A stretch of DNA of 64,000 nucleotides, taken from IMG/VR virus record IMGVR_UViG_3300024265_000033, positions 32,001 to 96,000 of that record, one strand, 5' to 3'. Below, one piece after another: positions 37,374 to 47,075 of this stretch (its first letter is position 1; every line of letters starts with the position of its first letter). The notes beneath the pieces are model-generated. The model worked only from the letters and a program-made list of their open reading frames with translations, was not told where the DNA came from and searched no databases. This DNA is from a virus. A program made the translations under genes and the position numbers.

Positions 37374-37612
37374 TTTTTGAACGCCTCAATCAATCTCTTG
37401 CCTTGATACCCGAGTACAGCCACAGTTAATGCCGTGAGGTCCTCAAACGTCGTGACTGGAGTCATGGCGATCTTGACTAGAATAAGCATCATGGCAATAT
37501 TGGTCAACGATACCAGATTGTTAGAATCATTGATACGCAAATACTGCATGACCTTCTTTGCGCCTTTGAAAATACCCTTTGCTTGTGCGTTGATTTTATT
37601 CGTTAGGCTCAT
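37370..37612 (-). CDS. holin-like small membrane protein
   Basis: 80 aa, two hydrophobic helices, basic termini. Confidence 0.45.
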   Translation of the reverse strand: MSLTNKINAQAKGIFKGAKKVMQYLRINDSNNLVSLTNIAMMLILVKIAMTPVTTFEDLTALTVAVLGYQGKRLIEAFKK

Positions 37613-38613
37613 TAAAACTCCCCGTCAACTATATTCAGGAAGTTCTCTCGCACCATTAGGGCTGCGCTTTGTCCTACATATTTAGTCACTTTCTTCCGGT
37701 CTGTTTTCTCCAGCGTGTCGAAAAACTCCTGCTCTTCTTTCAAGAAGTCCTCGATGATGTCCTTGGAAAACAGTCCCATAATCTTACCGAAATCCTTTTG
37801 TGTGACCTCTCCTATCTTGGAGAGGACGTTGCGGAGCCTGTTTTTAGTGATAAAAAGATTGGCTTTCATGAGAGCGATTGTGGCTGCCTCGCTGAGAGGC
37901 TCTGGAGGAGCTTTAGTCTTACGCGTTCCGCCGTCACCTGTCTTCTCTTTGAACTTGGCGTTTTTGTTCTTCAAAATCAGACGCTCCTGAGAAAATAGGA
38001 AGAGCGGCACAATAGGACGAATCACTACACCCTCACACATATTGCCTTCAATTTCCGGTAGGCCCAACTTAGCTGGGATTGTAGTCTGAAACTCATTAGA
38101 ATACGCTAGACACTCTTCCAGAGAGCCTGTGAGTAATGTTTCGCTGTAAGGAATACCCGCTTCTTCGCATAAAGCATTTACATGCTCCACGGAGAGATAC
38201 TTCCCATCCACTTTGATATCAAAGGCTACGAACTCTTGGCCGGGAGCATAGAAAACTCCCGATTGTACTTTTGATTGATCCACATTAGGTACATCCTTGT
38301 GTGGATAGATCCCTCCGTAGAGTTCGCCGAATACTGCGACTTCATCTGCGCCCGTGACTGCCAAGATATTCAGTACGCTCTGTCCGTATTTCTTTATGAT
38401 AGTGTCATAACAAAAGAACTTCTCGTCATCTTTTATAAAACCGGTGCGTTTTGCTGCCCGGATACCTTCTACACTGGCCCATAGGCTGAAATTGGAGCCG
38501 TGGATCTTTTCTTGTACGACGAAGGTTTGCTTGGCATGACCCTCCTCTGTAATTCGGTTGACGAATTTGTCCCGGTACGAATTTTCAATGCTACTGTATT
38601 TTTTGAATTCCAT
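37612..38613 (-). CDS. rnl2: RNA ligase 2 (T4 Rnl2 family)
   Basis: FKKYSSIEN, EKIHGSNF, FGELYG, AFDI, EGVVIRP, LKNKNAKFKE and NRLRNVLSKIG motifs. Confidence 0.95.
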   Translation of the reverse strand: MEFKKYSSIENSYRDKFVNRITEEGHAKQTFVVQEKIHGSNFSLWASVEGIRAAKRTGFIKDDEKFFCYDTIIKKYGQSVLNILAVTGADEVAVFGELYGGIYPHKDVPNVDQSKVQSGVFYAPGQEFVAFDIKVDGKYLSVEHVNALCEEAGIPYSETLLTGSLEECLAYSNEFQTTIPAKLGLPEIEGNMCEGVVIRPIVPLFLFSQERLILKNKNAKFKEKTGDGGTRKTKAPPEPLSEAATIALMKANLFITKNRLRNVLSKIGEVTQKDFGKIMGLFSKDIIEDFLKEEQEFFDTLEKTDRKKVTKYVGQSAALMVRENFLNIVDGEF

Positions 38614-38792
38614 TATTTAGCTCTTTCTTCTGCGCAAGTTTTGTTACATTCTTCCAAGGTGTCACAAATAGCTAGAACATCAACTCCGTAGCTACATACA
38701 AATTTAGGTTCATATTTACTGCAAAAAGCTCCCTCTTTTACTGTATAACTGCAGCCAGTTAAAAAAAGAAGTAATATCAATGCTTTCTTCAC
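38613..38792 (-). CDS. small Cys-rich lipoprotein (below ORF-track cutoff)
   Basis: Manual translation from GTG: MKKALILLLFLTGCSYTVKEGAFCSK..CAEERAK; lipobox LTGC. Confidence 0.6.
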   Translation of the reverse strand: MKKALILLLFLTGCSYTVKEGAFCSKYEPKFVCSYGVDVLAICDTLEECNKTCAEERAK

Positions 38793-39451
38793 GCTGTTTT
38801 TCTTTTAGCTAACACGTCTTCGAACGCTGCGAGCACTCTAGCTTCAAGCTCTGCCATCGTGCCGTTGTTGTCAATCCGCTGGCACTTCTCGCCAATCTCA
38901 AGCACATACTTTTCAGAAGCATGTGGGTTATCGCCTAGCTGGGCTTCAGCTCCGTAGTTGTGAACGAAGAACGGAAAGAATTCGGCTTCTGTGTTCTCAG
39001 CAAAGAAGTTGTACTCATTCCAAAAGCGCATGTCAGTCACCACAAAGATACCATCTTCTGGCAAATCAAGGGTAGCTCCGAGGCAATGAACTTGCTCTTC
39101 CACATTCCTAAGGACTTCCGTGCCGACATATTGAGCCGCTTCCCTTGGGGTGTGTAACACTTTACCGATGTGCGGTCGGATATGGGCATCAAAATTAGGC
39201 TTGAGGCCAAAAGATTCAATAAGTTCAACGGTGTTGATGGAATCTAAATTGATAAGGTTTTCAAGTTCCTTTTCCTTCACGGCAGGATCGTCCAGAGAAG
39301 CCCGGGGGATTCCCAAGACCTTGGAACAAGTATCTTTGAGTCGGGCAGCCAGAGTGACTTCCACTACCGAAGGGAATGCCTTCTTGATAATCTCAAATGA
39401 TGTTGTTTTACCTGATCCTTTTACTCCAGTTAGTCCGATGAATGTCCTCAT
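38789..39451 (-). CDS. deoxynucleoside monophosphate kinase
   Basis: IGLTGVKGSGKTT, TPRE..QYVGTE, VTDMRF.NE, HASE and IDNNGT motifs. Confidence 0.92.
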   Translation of the reverse strand: MRTFIGLTGVKGSGKTTSFEIIKKAFPSVVEVTLAARLKDTCSKVLGIPRASLDDPAVKEKELENLINLDSINTVELIESFGLKPNFDAHIRPHIGKVLHTPREAAQYVGTEVLRNVEEQVHCLGATLDLPEDGIFVVTDMRFWNEYNFFAENTEAEFFPFFVHNYGAEAQLGDNPHASEKYVLEIGEKCQRIDNNGTMAELEARVLAAFEDVLAKRKTA

Positions 39452-39683
39452 TTAATTTCTCCTTTATCTACTAATTTAACGCCTTTAATTATAGTCGTAA
39501 CTTTTACGGGTACCATTTTGAATAATGCCCCCTCTTCCTTTTCGTCAGAAACAATCGCCCTTTTATCGTTCATCAAATAGAAAGTAACTTCGTCAGTTTC
39601 GTCATTGTATTCGCACACATAAGGAATATAATTTCCAGTGGCATCTACTAGTCTTTTGTTATCCGCGTTTTGGGGGTTATAAA

Positions 39684-42377
39684 TCATTTCGAATCCTTTA
39701 AGTTGTCACAAATAATAGGGTCGGCAATCATTGGAATGTCAATTCTTTTAGCAAAATCATTGTCTTCCATACCTACTTTCAACAAGCCTGCTCCAAATTC
39801 CGACTGATCTTCTCGGACATAAGCCGTGATCTCGTCATGAATTTGCAAACAAACATACCCATCAATTTTATTCTGCACGAAAAATCTCGTGGTGTCAAGC
39901 ATTCCTTTATTGGTAATATGCCCACCCAGACCTTGAATGGGTACGTTCTTGGCATTGTTGAGTTCATTCTTGTACAAACTTCTCAAGTATGCCCAGCCGC
40001 CCTTTTCTTCAATTTGGTTCAAGAACATGTCAAATTTCTTTGCGAAATCCTTTAGGCCCTCTTCGTCCAGCTCTATTAGAAGGGGAGCGGAGGGGCTCAT
40101 GCATTCGAGATCTTTTTTCTTGGCATCTAGAAAGGTTTCCATAGCAATTCCGCGCTCATCTAGAAGACCTTGAATGAAAGGAGCCCATCTATAATGTCGG
40201 CGACGACCTATAATATTTTCGACGTAGCCTTTCGTGACACAGTCTAGTTCTTGCCTTTCCATATATTTTCGCAAATCCGGATAAGCGTTCAAATAATTTT
40301 CACGCCATGCCCATCCACGTTCGACGTCAAGAACTTCTTTTTCTTTCTTGGTCTTTCTGTCGATATACTTTTTCTTAAATCCCATGAGGTTAGCCACTTG
40401 AGGTCCCCGCGCTCCGTAGGGAATACCTAAAACGACGGGCTTCACACTTTGTCTAAGTTCGGGGTTTATCTTCTTCAAAAAATTAGGGGCGTTGGGGTCC
40501 GGAGAATACTTGCCTTCCGTGTCCTCAACGTCGCAATAAACCTTAGAATACATATCAAGGTTCTTGTGGTAGATATCCTTCAATCCTTTGTCCCCACTGA
40601 CAAATGCGAAACACCTTGGTTCGAGTGAAGAGTAATCGGCGTTGACAATCTTGTAGCCTTCTGGAGCCACAAATCCTTGCTTGACGACCGAATAACAAAT
40701 GATGTTCTTTTTCACATGCTTACAGTCTCCGCAGATCATAGTCACTAAGATGTTGCCCTGATAGCTGAGGGATACCTTCTTGGAATCGCACTTGGAGCAG
40801 GACCCTAGTTCCTCAACCTTAGGTAGGGTCTGTAGGTTGAATCCTCCTCGACATGAGAACCGTCCTGAGGTAGTTCCGGCCTGATCCATGTTCATGTGTA
40901 GCCAGCCGTTGTTGTGTAGCGTGACGGCCAAGTTAATGTACTTTGAGAGCAAGTCTCTGAGCTTCCTAAACAGCATTACTTCTTCAATGAAGTCGTACTT
41001 CCCTAAGAAAAATTCTTCTAATACCTCAGCCTTCATGGAAGGAATAGGATTCTCTGGAGTGGCTGAGTCTGTTTGAGGTAGGCTCTTCTTCTCTACTCCC
41101 AGCTTATCGCACATCAGCCAGCGCATATGGGCATCTGAGTATGCATTAAACCTGTAGCGACGTCCCTCTACTGCAGCATAGAGTTCATCCTTGATCTTCT
41201 TCAGCCGCTTAGAAGAGTATTTGATCTCTCCTTCGCCTAGGATATAGTCCCATAGCCAGTGTGGCTGCTCTTTCTGAGCTACCTTGACGGCAGGCTTTGA
41301 GATCGAATTAGTAGTCACCTCTTCGGGCTTACCTTTGTATTTTGTAATCGTAGGGTATTCTAGGCCTTCTAGTTCGATTATCTTGGAGATCAGCCGCTTC
41401 TTAGAGATTGCCTCTTCCATTGATTTACCGACGCTGAAGTCGTCTAGCTTATCCCCCAGCCTTTTGATAACCGAGTCTTCAAACTTATCTGCCCGAGCTT
41501 TGACTTCTTTCTGGAGTTTTTCGAAATAATCTACATCGATCTTAACCCCCCCGAACTGCATAGGTATTACTACTTCTCTGCAAAGGGGCATGATTTCGTC
41601 TTCAAAGAAAAGCTGGAAGTGTTTCTCATCGTATTCAGATTCGAGCTTTTGCATACCTACTTCAAACAATCCGTAAGTAAGGGCCGTATCTTTACAAGCG
41701 TACTTAGAAACGATACTAGGCTCGCCTCTCCAGACGTGGCCTTTCTTCCCTCCATTGTTAATAACGGATTCGATCATTTCGAGTTGCTCTTCATTGGCTG
41801 CACGGGTCATGTCGATACCGAGTTCTTTTTGCCACAATACTGCCGTGTCCTTTAGGCCTGTTTTCGTGGACTCGTCGATGAAGTGCTTGAGCAGTCGGGT
41901 ATCGCAGAACAAATGATTCCCTAGATAGATGCCCATATTGTAGGCGACCATATTACAGTCAAATGGCGCATTGTGCATCAAGAGCCCATTGTGGCTAGTC
42001 AACCATCGGGCCATATATTTCTTGATGAAGTCCGGGGCTTGATATTGCTGTGGAGTAACTTTCTCGTGGTATTCTTTGCCAGTCCAAGCATCTACGAACC
42101 AACCATCTGTAATGATCTGACGCTTTACCTTATCGATTGATCTTTCTTTTTCAGAAGCGGGATCTGGATGCCATTCTAAGAGTGGAATATACCAACCATT
42201 TTTGGCACTCGTGGAGATAGAAAATCCAATAATTACGTTCCTGAAAAAATGCAGGCCGTTTGTCTCTGTATCAAATGCCATCAAATCAAACTTGGGCTTC
42301 AAATCTTTATCGAGTAGCTCTTTGTCTAGGGCTTCTAATTTGGCTTTGGTATCTACATGTACAAATTCAGTCTTCAT
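39684..42377 (-). CDS. polA: family A DNA polymerase with 3'-5' exonuclease
   Basis: FDTET, HNAPFD, YACKD, GTTSGRFS, ADYSSLEPR, R...K....GIPYG, NVPIQG and QIHDE motifs. Confidence 0.96.
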   Translation of the reverse strand: MKTEFVHVDTKAKLEALDKELLDKDLKPKFDLMAFDTETNGLHFFRNVIIGFSISTSAKNGWYIPLLEWHPDPASEKERSIDKVKRQIITDGWFVDAWTGKEYHEKVTPQQYQAPDFIKKYMARWLTSHNGLLMHNAPFDCNMVAYNMGIYLGNHLFCDTRLLKHFIDESTKTGLKDTAVLWQKELGIDMTRAANEEQLEMIESVINNGGKKGHVWRGEPSIVSKYACKDTALTYGLFEVGMQKLESEYDEKHFQLFFEDEIMPLCREVVIPMQFGGVKIDVDYFEKLQKEVKARADKFEDSVIKRLGDKLDDFSVGKSMEEAISKKRLISKIIELEGLEYPTITKYKGKPEEVTTNSISKPAVKVAQKEQPHWLWDYILGEGEIKYSSKRLKKIKDELYAAVEGRRYRFNAYSDAHMRWLMCDKLGVEKKSLPQTDSATPENPIPSMKAEVLEEFFLGKYDFIEEVMLFRKLRDLLSKYINLAVTLHNNGWLHMNMDQAGTTSGRFSCRGGFNLQTLPKVEELGSCSKCDSKKVSLSYQGNILVTMICGDCKHVKKNIICYSVVKQGFVAPEGYKIVNADYSSLEPRCFAFVSGDKGLKDIYHKNLDMYSKVYCDVEDTEGKYSPDPNAPNFLKKINPELRQSVKPVVLGIPYGARGPQVANLMGFKKKYIDRKTKKEKEVLDVERGWAWRENYLNAYPDLRKYMERQELDCVTKGYVENIIGRRRHYRWAPFIQGLLDERGIAMETFLDAKKKDLECMSPSAPLLIELDEEGLKDFAKKFDMFLNQIEEKGGWAYLRSLYKNELNNAKNVPIQGLGGHITNKGMLDTTRFFVQNKIDGYVCLQIHDEITAYVREDQSEFGAGLLKVGMEDNDFAKRIDIPMIADPIICDNLKDSK

Positions 42378-44385
42378 GTTTTCCGCCTTTAATTATTTGC
42401 ATTTTAGGCCTGAGTCTTTTCATAGGGGCTTTGCCATACTTCTTGACCTGTTTCTTATCTTCTACTTCTCTTAGTGCAATAGCTTTGGAATTCAGCTCAT
42501 CGAATTGAGCCATGTCCGCATCTGTCATATCGACGAAGTCTTCTTTATCTGGCAAAAATTTGAGTAGGACTCTCTGTAGTTCTGTAATCTTATCCTTACT
42601 GGCTGTACTGTGACGGATTTTGGCATACTGAAAAGCGGTTACAAAGAAATTGTGGGCTTTACACTGATCTCTCAAACGGTTCAAGGGTCGCCACACTCCA
42701 ATGATGTAATCTGAATACCATTCGAACTTCGACGATCCGAACGCTGCGTTCTTACCGATAGGGATATCGCCTTCTCCGTCTTTTGCCTTGGTAGTTTGAG
42801 ATTGGACGATCAAAAAACAATCGAGTTTCTGGCTAAGTTTCTTCAGCACCTGACAGATTCCGTCTTTGGTCAAAATAACTCGTTTTTCGTTGACATATTT
42901 GGATACATAATTTGACTTGGCTGCATCAAAACTGGGTTTAACGGTTAGATTGAAATCCCCTTCCACGGCATCTAAGTGATCGATGCACACAACTCCGGGC
43001 TTTTTGCCGAGTTCTTTGCAAGTATCTCGTACTATTTGATAGATATTTTGTATGTTGGGGCCAATGTCGTTATCCTCATCCATGAAGTCTTCTGGGGAAA
43101 TCACGAAAAGACGCTCATAATACTCAGTATTACCCCCTACGAGAGTCTCCCAGCGTTCCATTATCTCTGCGTCATTCATCTCTAGGTTAAAGTAGAAAAA
43201 TATATCATCGCTGTCTGGATTGTTTCGTATGAATTCCTGAAAGATCTTTAATGTGATTGAGGTCTTACCTACCCCCGTTCCTGCGATCAATCCCAAGACT
43301 TGTTTTTTCCGCCATTTTTTATGCAGGGCATTTGTGTCCATGAAGTAGGGACCGTTTACCAAGTCTCCTACCTTGCTTGTTATACCCATCCTCTTCTTTT
43401 GCGCGGCACTCTTGACAGCCTTGCTGCCCTTCACTGAGGCCCATGCTTTAGTTATTGTTCCTATGGCGTAATCGTACCGGGCCTGTCCATTTTTAGTGAG
43501 AGCTTTTTGAGTCTGCATCATGACCTGAATAGCGTCAGACCTATCATAGTCGTAGTAGAATAAAAGATTGGCCAGAGCCAAGTCGGCAGACGATCTGTCC
43601 CCGTGTGTGGAAACAGGATCATAAAAAATACTATTGAGCTTCTGCCGCTTTTCTAAGTCTCTAATAAAGCGGTCGGGAAGTTGATTGGGATCGAACAATG
43701 CTCCTAAGTCCGGGGCCTGATAACGACCTTCAATTTTATCTATATGTGTTTGAATATACTCTTCGTCTTTTTCCGTCAGTCGGGGTAGCAGATCCGCCAA
43801 CTCAACTGCGGTGTACTCTCTATCTGAAGGTTCGAACCCTTTTGCGTATGCAGCCAACTTAAAATTATCAGCCTGCTTTGTGTTGAAGTATCCGGGCATT
43901 CTCATCACTTGCCACACAGTCTTCACTGAGTCGTCGGTATCGAAGTGCTTAATTAAAAGTAGTTGGAGGGCTAAGAAAGTTTCTGAGTCATCTTCTAGGT
44001 CGGATATTTTCCAATAAGCATGTACTCCATTACCGGAATCAACTGCGTAGGTGGGTTTTAATTTGAATTTGTTTAATTTTTCTAGGAATTCGTCTTTGGT
44101 GTCATAGACTTCATCTTTCAAATCCATGTCCACATATACAAATGCAAAGTGATCGACGTCTCTACCTGCAGTCCAGTATCCTACGGCTTTGGCTTCCGTG
44201 GGACTATTGGGCATAAAGTAGATGTTATACCCTAGATCGTTCTTTTCCTTTAAGAACTTGGGGGGAAAATCCGTGTCATCACCTTCATATGTATCCGGCC
44301 CTTTTATCTCCCTTACGAAGCGGGGATTGGGCTTTTTGTGAATCTTCGATTTACCCCAATCTGGTTTGATTAGCCTAAAACGCAT
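42367..44385 (-). CDS. primase-helicase fusion (RepB/AEP primase + RecA-fold helicase)
   Basis: VDMD, DSGNGVHAYW and MRMPG (primase); AGTGVGKT, NLEM, IDHL and QSQ (helicase). Confidence 0.88.
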   Translation of the reverse strand: MRFRLIKPDWGKSKIHKKPNPRFVREIKGPDTYEGDDTDFPPKFLKEKNDLGYNIYFMPNSPTEAKAVGYWTAGRDVDHFAFVYVDMDLKDEVYDTKDEFLEKLNKFKLKPTYAVDSGNGVHAYWKISDLEDDSETFLALQLLLIKHFDTDDSVKTVWQVMRMPGYFNTKQADNFKLAAYAKGFEPSDREYTAVELADLLPRLTEKDEEYIQTHIDKIEGRYQAPDLGALFDPNQLPDRFIRDLEKRQKLNSIFYDPVSTHGDRSSADLALANLLFYYDYDRSDAIQVMMQTQKALTKNGQARYDYAIGTITKAWASVKGSKAVKSAAQKKRMGITSKVGDLVNGPYFMDTNALHKKWRKKQVLGLIAGTGVGKTSITLKIFQEFIRNNPDSDDIFFYFNLEMNDAEIMERWETLVGGNTEYYERLFVISPEDFMDEDNDIGPNIQNIYQIVRDTCKELGKKPGVVCIDHLDAVEGDFNLTVKPSFDAAKSNYVSKYVNEKRVILTKDGICQVLKKLSQKLDCFLIVQSQTTKAKDGEGDIPIGKNAAFGSSKFEWYSDYIIGVWRPLNRLRDQCKAHNFFVTAFQYAKIRHSTASKDKITELQRVLLKFLPDKEDFVDMTDADMAQFDELNSKAIALREVEDKKQVKKYGKAPMKRLRPKMQIIKGGKHED

Positions 44386-44401
44386 TCGTTCCTACCTTTA
44401 G

Positions 44402-44503
44402 TAAAAAATGGGCAGTTTTTACATGGAGATGCCCAGCTCCCCTAAGGGACAAAGAGACAACTTTCGCTAAGACGGTGGGGGAGGCTGCGAAAACTCCTCG
44501 TCC
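44402..44503 (-). ncRNA. putative double-pseudoknot cis-regulatory RNA upstream of primase-helicase
   Basis: GGAG/CTCC with TTTCGC/GCGAAA; then GGAG-CTGGGCA-T-CTCC-ATGTAAAAAC-TGCCCA-TTTTTT. Confidence 0.5.
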
Positions 44504-44508
44504 GATAA

Positions 44509-44817
44509 CTATTCTTCAGTCTCTTGTTCTTCTGCAGCATCTGGATTTGACAGATTTACAGAAATATTGTACTGTAGGTTCTTTGGCAGGTCTTTCTTAG
44601 CACCCGGAGCCTTCTTAGGCTCAAAGCAACTCAAGAAGTTGACCTTAAAATATTTCTCAGACTCTTTGTCTAGGAAATACAGTTCTCCGTGATAATCGTC
44701 CGCCGAAATATAGATTCTTTCTTCGTCCTTCTTATCCGTCCAGATTGCTCCGACTTTACGCCAAGTTGCATCTGACTTTCCTTTACTACTTTTCTTACCT
44801 TTTTTTGGTAATCCCAT
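44509..44817 (-). CDS. putative ssDNA-binding-like protein
   Basis: WRKVGAIW beta motif and acidic C-terminus; in replication module. Confidence 0.45.
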   Translation of the reverse strand: MGLPKKGKKSSKGKSDATWRKVGAIWTDKKDEERIYISADDYHGELYFLDKESEKYFKVNFLSCFEPKKAPGAKKDLPKNLQYNISVNLSNPDAAEEQETEE

Positions 44818-44845
44818 GGTATTTTCCTCCTATCATAGGTACTTG

Positions 44846-45379
44846 TTATCTCTTCAAACTGGCAGTAGAATTTCCGCTACCAACTGAATTTGTCATCCCG
44901 TGTTTAGCCCTTAGTGCCGCAATTTTATCCGACACCGAAGACTCTTTTTTAGTTTCGACTGGAGCTTCCTCTTTTGCTTCTACTTCAACTGCAGGCTCTT
45001 CCGCCGCAGCTTCGCTAGGTTGAGCATCTGATTCATCCTCTTCCTGCGCTTTAGCACGATTCTTCTTCAGTCTCGCTAAACCTCTTAATCCTTTAGATTT
45101 CTTTTTGGCAGGCTCTGCCTTTGCTTCTACGGCCTCTGTCTCTTCTTTTTCTTCTACAGCTACCGTGGCTTCGCCATCAGCTTCCGACATGGCTACGAGT
45201 TCTGCTTTCTTGGCCTCTAAATTAGCTTCAACAAAAGCTTTCACTCGGGCAAGAGTATCTTCTGGCTTCTCTCCTTCTTGAACAGAAGAAGAAAACGAAA
45301 TGTGACAGTCTGCGCTGCCGTAGTTTGGAAGTCCGACCTTAATAGTCAAACCATATGAAATTTTATCTTGTGTTTCCAT
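44846..45379 (-). CDS. hypothetical protein (acidic, Ala/Glu/Lys-rich)
   Basis: 177 aa ORF with SD GGAGG. Confidence 0.65.
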   Translation of the reverse strand: METQDKISYGLTIKVGLPNYGSADCHISFSSSVQEGEKPEDTLARVKAFVEANLEAKKAELVAMSEADGEATVAVEEKEETEAVEAKAEPAKKKSKGLRGLARLKKNRAKAQEEDESDAQPSEAAAEEPAVEVEAKEEAPVETKKESSVSDKIAALRAKHGMTNSVGSGNSTASLKR

Positions 45380-45396
45380 TTAAGCCTCCCATATTC

Positions 45397-45428
45397 TACA
45401 GTTTACTGTAAACTGTACGATTAGTCAA
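45397..45428 (-). promoter_or_regulatory. promoter with overlapping perfect 21-bp palindrome
   Basis: TTGACT-17-TAAACT; TACAGTTTAC-A-GTAAACTGTA covers the -10. Confidence 0.65.
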
Positions 45429-45431
45429 TAC

Positions 45432-47075
45432 TTATTTCTTTTTCCTGCGCCACATACCTTTAATTGAATTCAAAAGCTGTCTAGAGCCGTTCGGGTATTG
45501 AACGATATTTGATTGCATCCAAGAAGATCCGCCTTTATTGAATCCTTGATCTAAAGGACCGTTTGTTCCCGTTTGCCATGCGTCTCTTAAAATTCCCGGA
45601 GTATGTGAATGTCCGATGTTACAGGCATGGTATTGCGCTTCATGATTCGCCAAGGAACCTCTTGATCCGCTTGGGCCTAAATGACCGTGCGCTCCACATT
45701 CAATTCTGGATAGTCTGTAGGATTCGTCTTCTTTCAGCCATTTTGTTTTCCTTATGGCTGAGGGACTCATGTATTTTTCTATACCGAATTGACAAGGCAT
45801 CTTTCCTTCTATGGCAGCCTTAGTCAGTTCGCTGGCTGTTTTAAGATTATCTCGATCTTTGATCCAATCTCCGGACTCTAGCCAACGGAGTATGAAATCA
45901 TCGTGGTTTGAGTAGGGAATAATACATCCGTGTGTTGCCCATGCTTGAACTTCTGAAATTTCGTCGGCAGTGATCTGCAACTCCGCATCCAGTTTTACGA
46001 GTCCTTCTTGGGCTAGAATTGCCTGAGTGATTCTTTTCTTCCTATCATGGTGTGAGATTGATTTACCGTTGAAGACGTCATGAAGAAAGATATATTTAGG
46101 CTTCAGAAGGGCCGCTTGTTCTTTCGTGGCTTGCTTGGCTATAGGATCGGTTTCTCCTGCGTGCCAATCTCCGGCGATTATCGCCTCAGCGTCCATGCGA
46201 AAAACCTTGCCACTAGGTTTATAATAGTCGCCGAGATCCACGAAATTTCCTGATTTTGGCTCCGCTTGGATTTGTCTGAAGTGGTAGTGGTCATTAGCGT
46301 CTATCTCCACAATTATTGCGCCCATCTTGTGATCGTAATCTGCTAGGTACGCGGTTCTTTGCGACATATATCTGTCGGTATCGTAAGTAGGAACTGTAAT
46401 AGCTCCCGTTCCCATAGAAACGTGAGGAAGTTTATGCTTTTGGTTGGCAATAGGGCGCATTCTCTGTTTCGGAGATCCGAAAATGAATGAACAGTCTCTA
46501 CCAATTCTACCCAATCCTGTGGTAGGGTCAATTTGTTTCGCGCTCATCATAATGCCGCTGATATAAATATTTGAATTCAAAGCTAAATCACCGAAAACTA
46601 AACTGTCGTTGGGGATCTTACTATCTAGTTCGAATCCTACATTGTTTCCATTTACTGCTTTAGATGCAGGATCTTTGACGGGAATGACTAAGAGCTTGGC
46701 GTTATTCTTTTCACAGTAACTATTGAGACTCTTTAGGAATTTTTCATGTACGGGGGCTCCACCTACAGCACATGTGACCACAAACCTATTATATTTGGCT
46801 GCAGATTCCTCAATTTTGGCAAAGTTTTTCTTATTGAATAGCGTTTCGTCAATGATATTCTCGAAAACCTTTGGGTACGCTTCCCGAGCAGCTTCTTTCA
46901 TGTCTCGAACAGTCTCGAAAAGGTGACGCACAGTATTACGAGTAACGCCTAATTTCTGTAGATCTGCTTCTGTGGGATTTCTCTTGTTTTTACGCACAAA
47001 AGTAGCATAAAGCTTTAAGATCTTTGCTTGTTTCTGTTCTCTTGTAAGTATTTTTTTCTTTTGTTTTTTAGCCAT
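45432..47075 (-). CDS. conserved phage protein with C-terminal calcineurin-like phosphoesterase domain
   Basis: GDWH, HD, SNHD, HGH and GHSH motifs; HTH-like N-terminus. Confidence 0.75.
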   Translation of the reverse strand: MAKKQKKKILTREQKQAKILKLYATFVRKNKRNPTEADLQKLGVTRNTVRHLFETVRDMKEAAREAYPKVFENIIDETLFNKKNFAKIEESAAKYNRFVVTCAVGGAPVHEKFLKSLNSYCEKNNAKLLVIPVKDPASKAVNGNNVGFELDSKIPNDSLVFGDLALNSNIYISGIMMSAKQIDPTTGLGRIGRDCSFIFGSPKQRMRPIANQKHKLPHVSMGTGAITVPTYDTDRYMSQRTAYLADYDHKMGAIIVEIDANDHYHFRQIQAEPKSGNFVDLGDYYKPSGKVFRMDAEAIIAGDWHAGETDPIAKQATKEQAALLKPKYIFLHDVFNGKSISHHDRKKRITQAILAQEGLVKLDAELQITADEISEVQAWATHGCIIPYSNHDDFILRWLESGDWIKDRDNLKTASELTKAAIEGKMPCQFGIEKYMSPSAIRKTKWLKEDESYRLSRIECGAHGHLGPSGSRGSLANHEAQYHACNIGHSHTPGILRDAWQTGTNGPLDQGFNKGGSSWMQSNIVQYPNGSRQLLNSIKGMWRRKKK

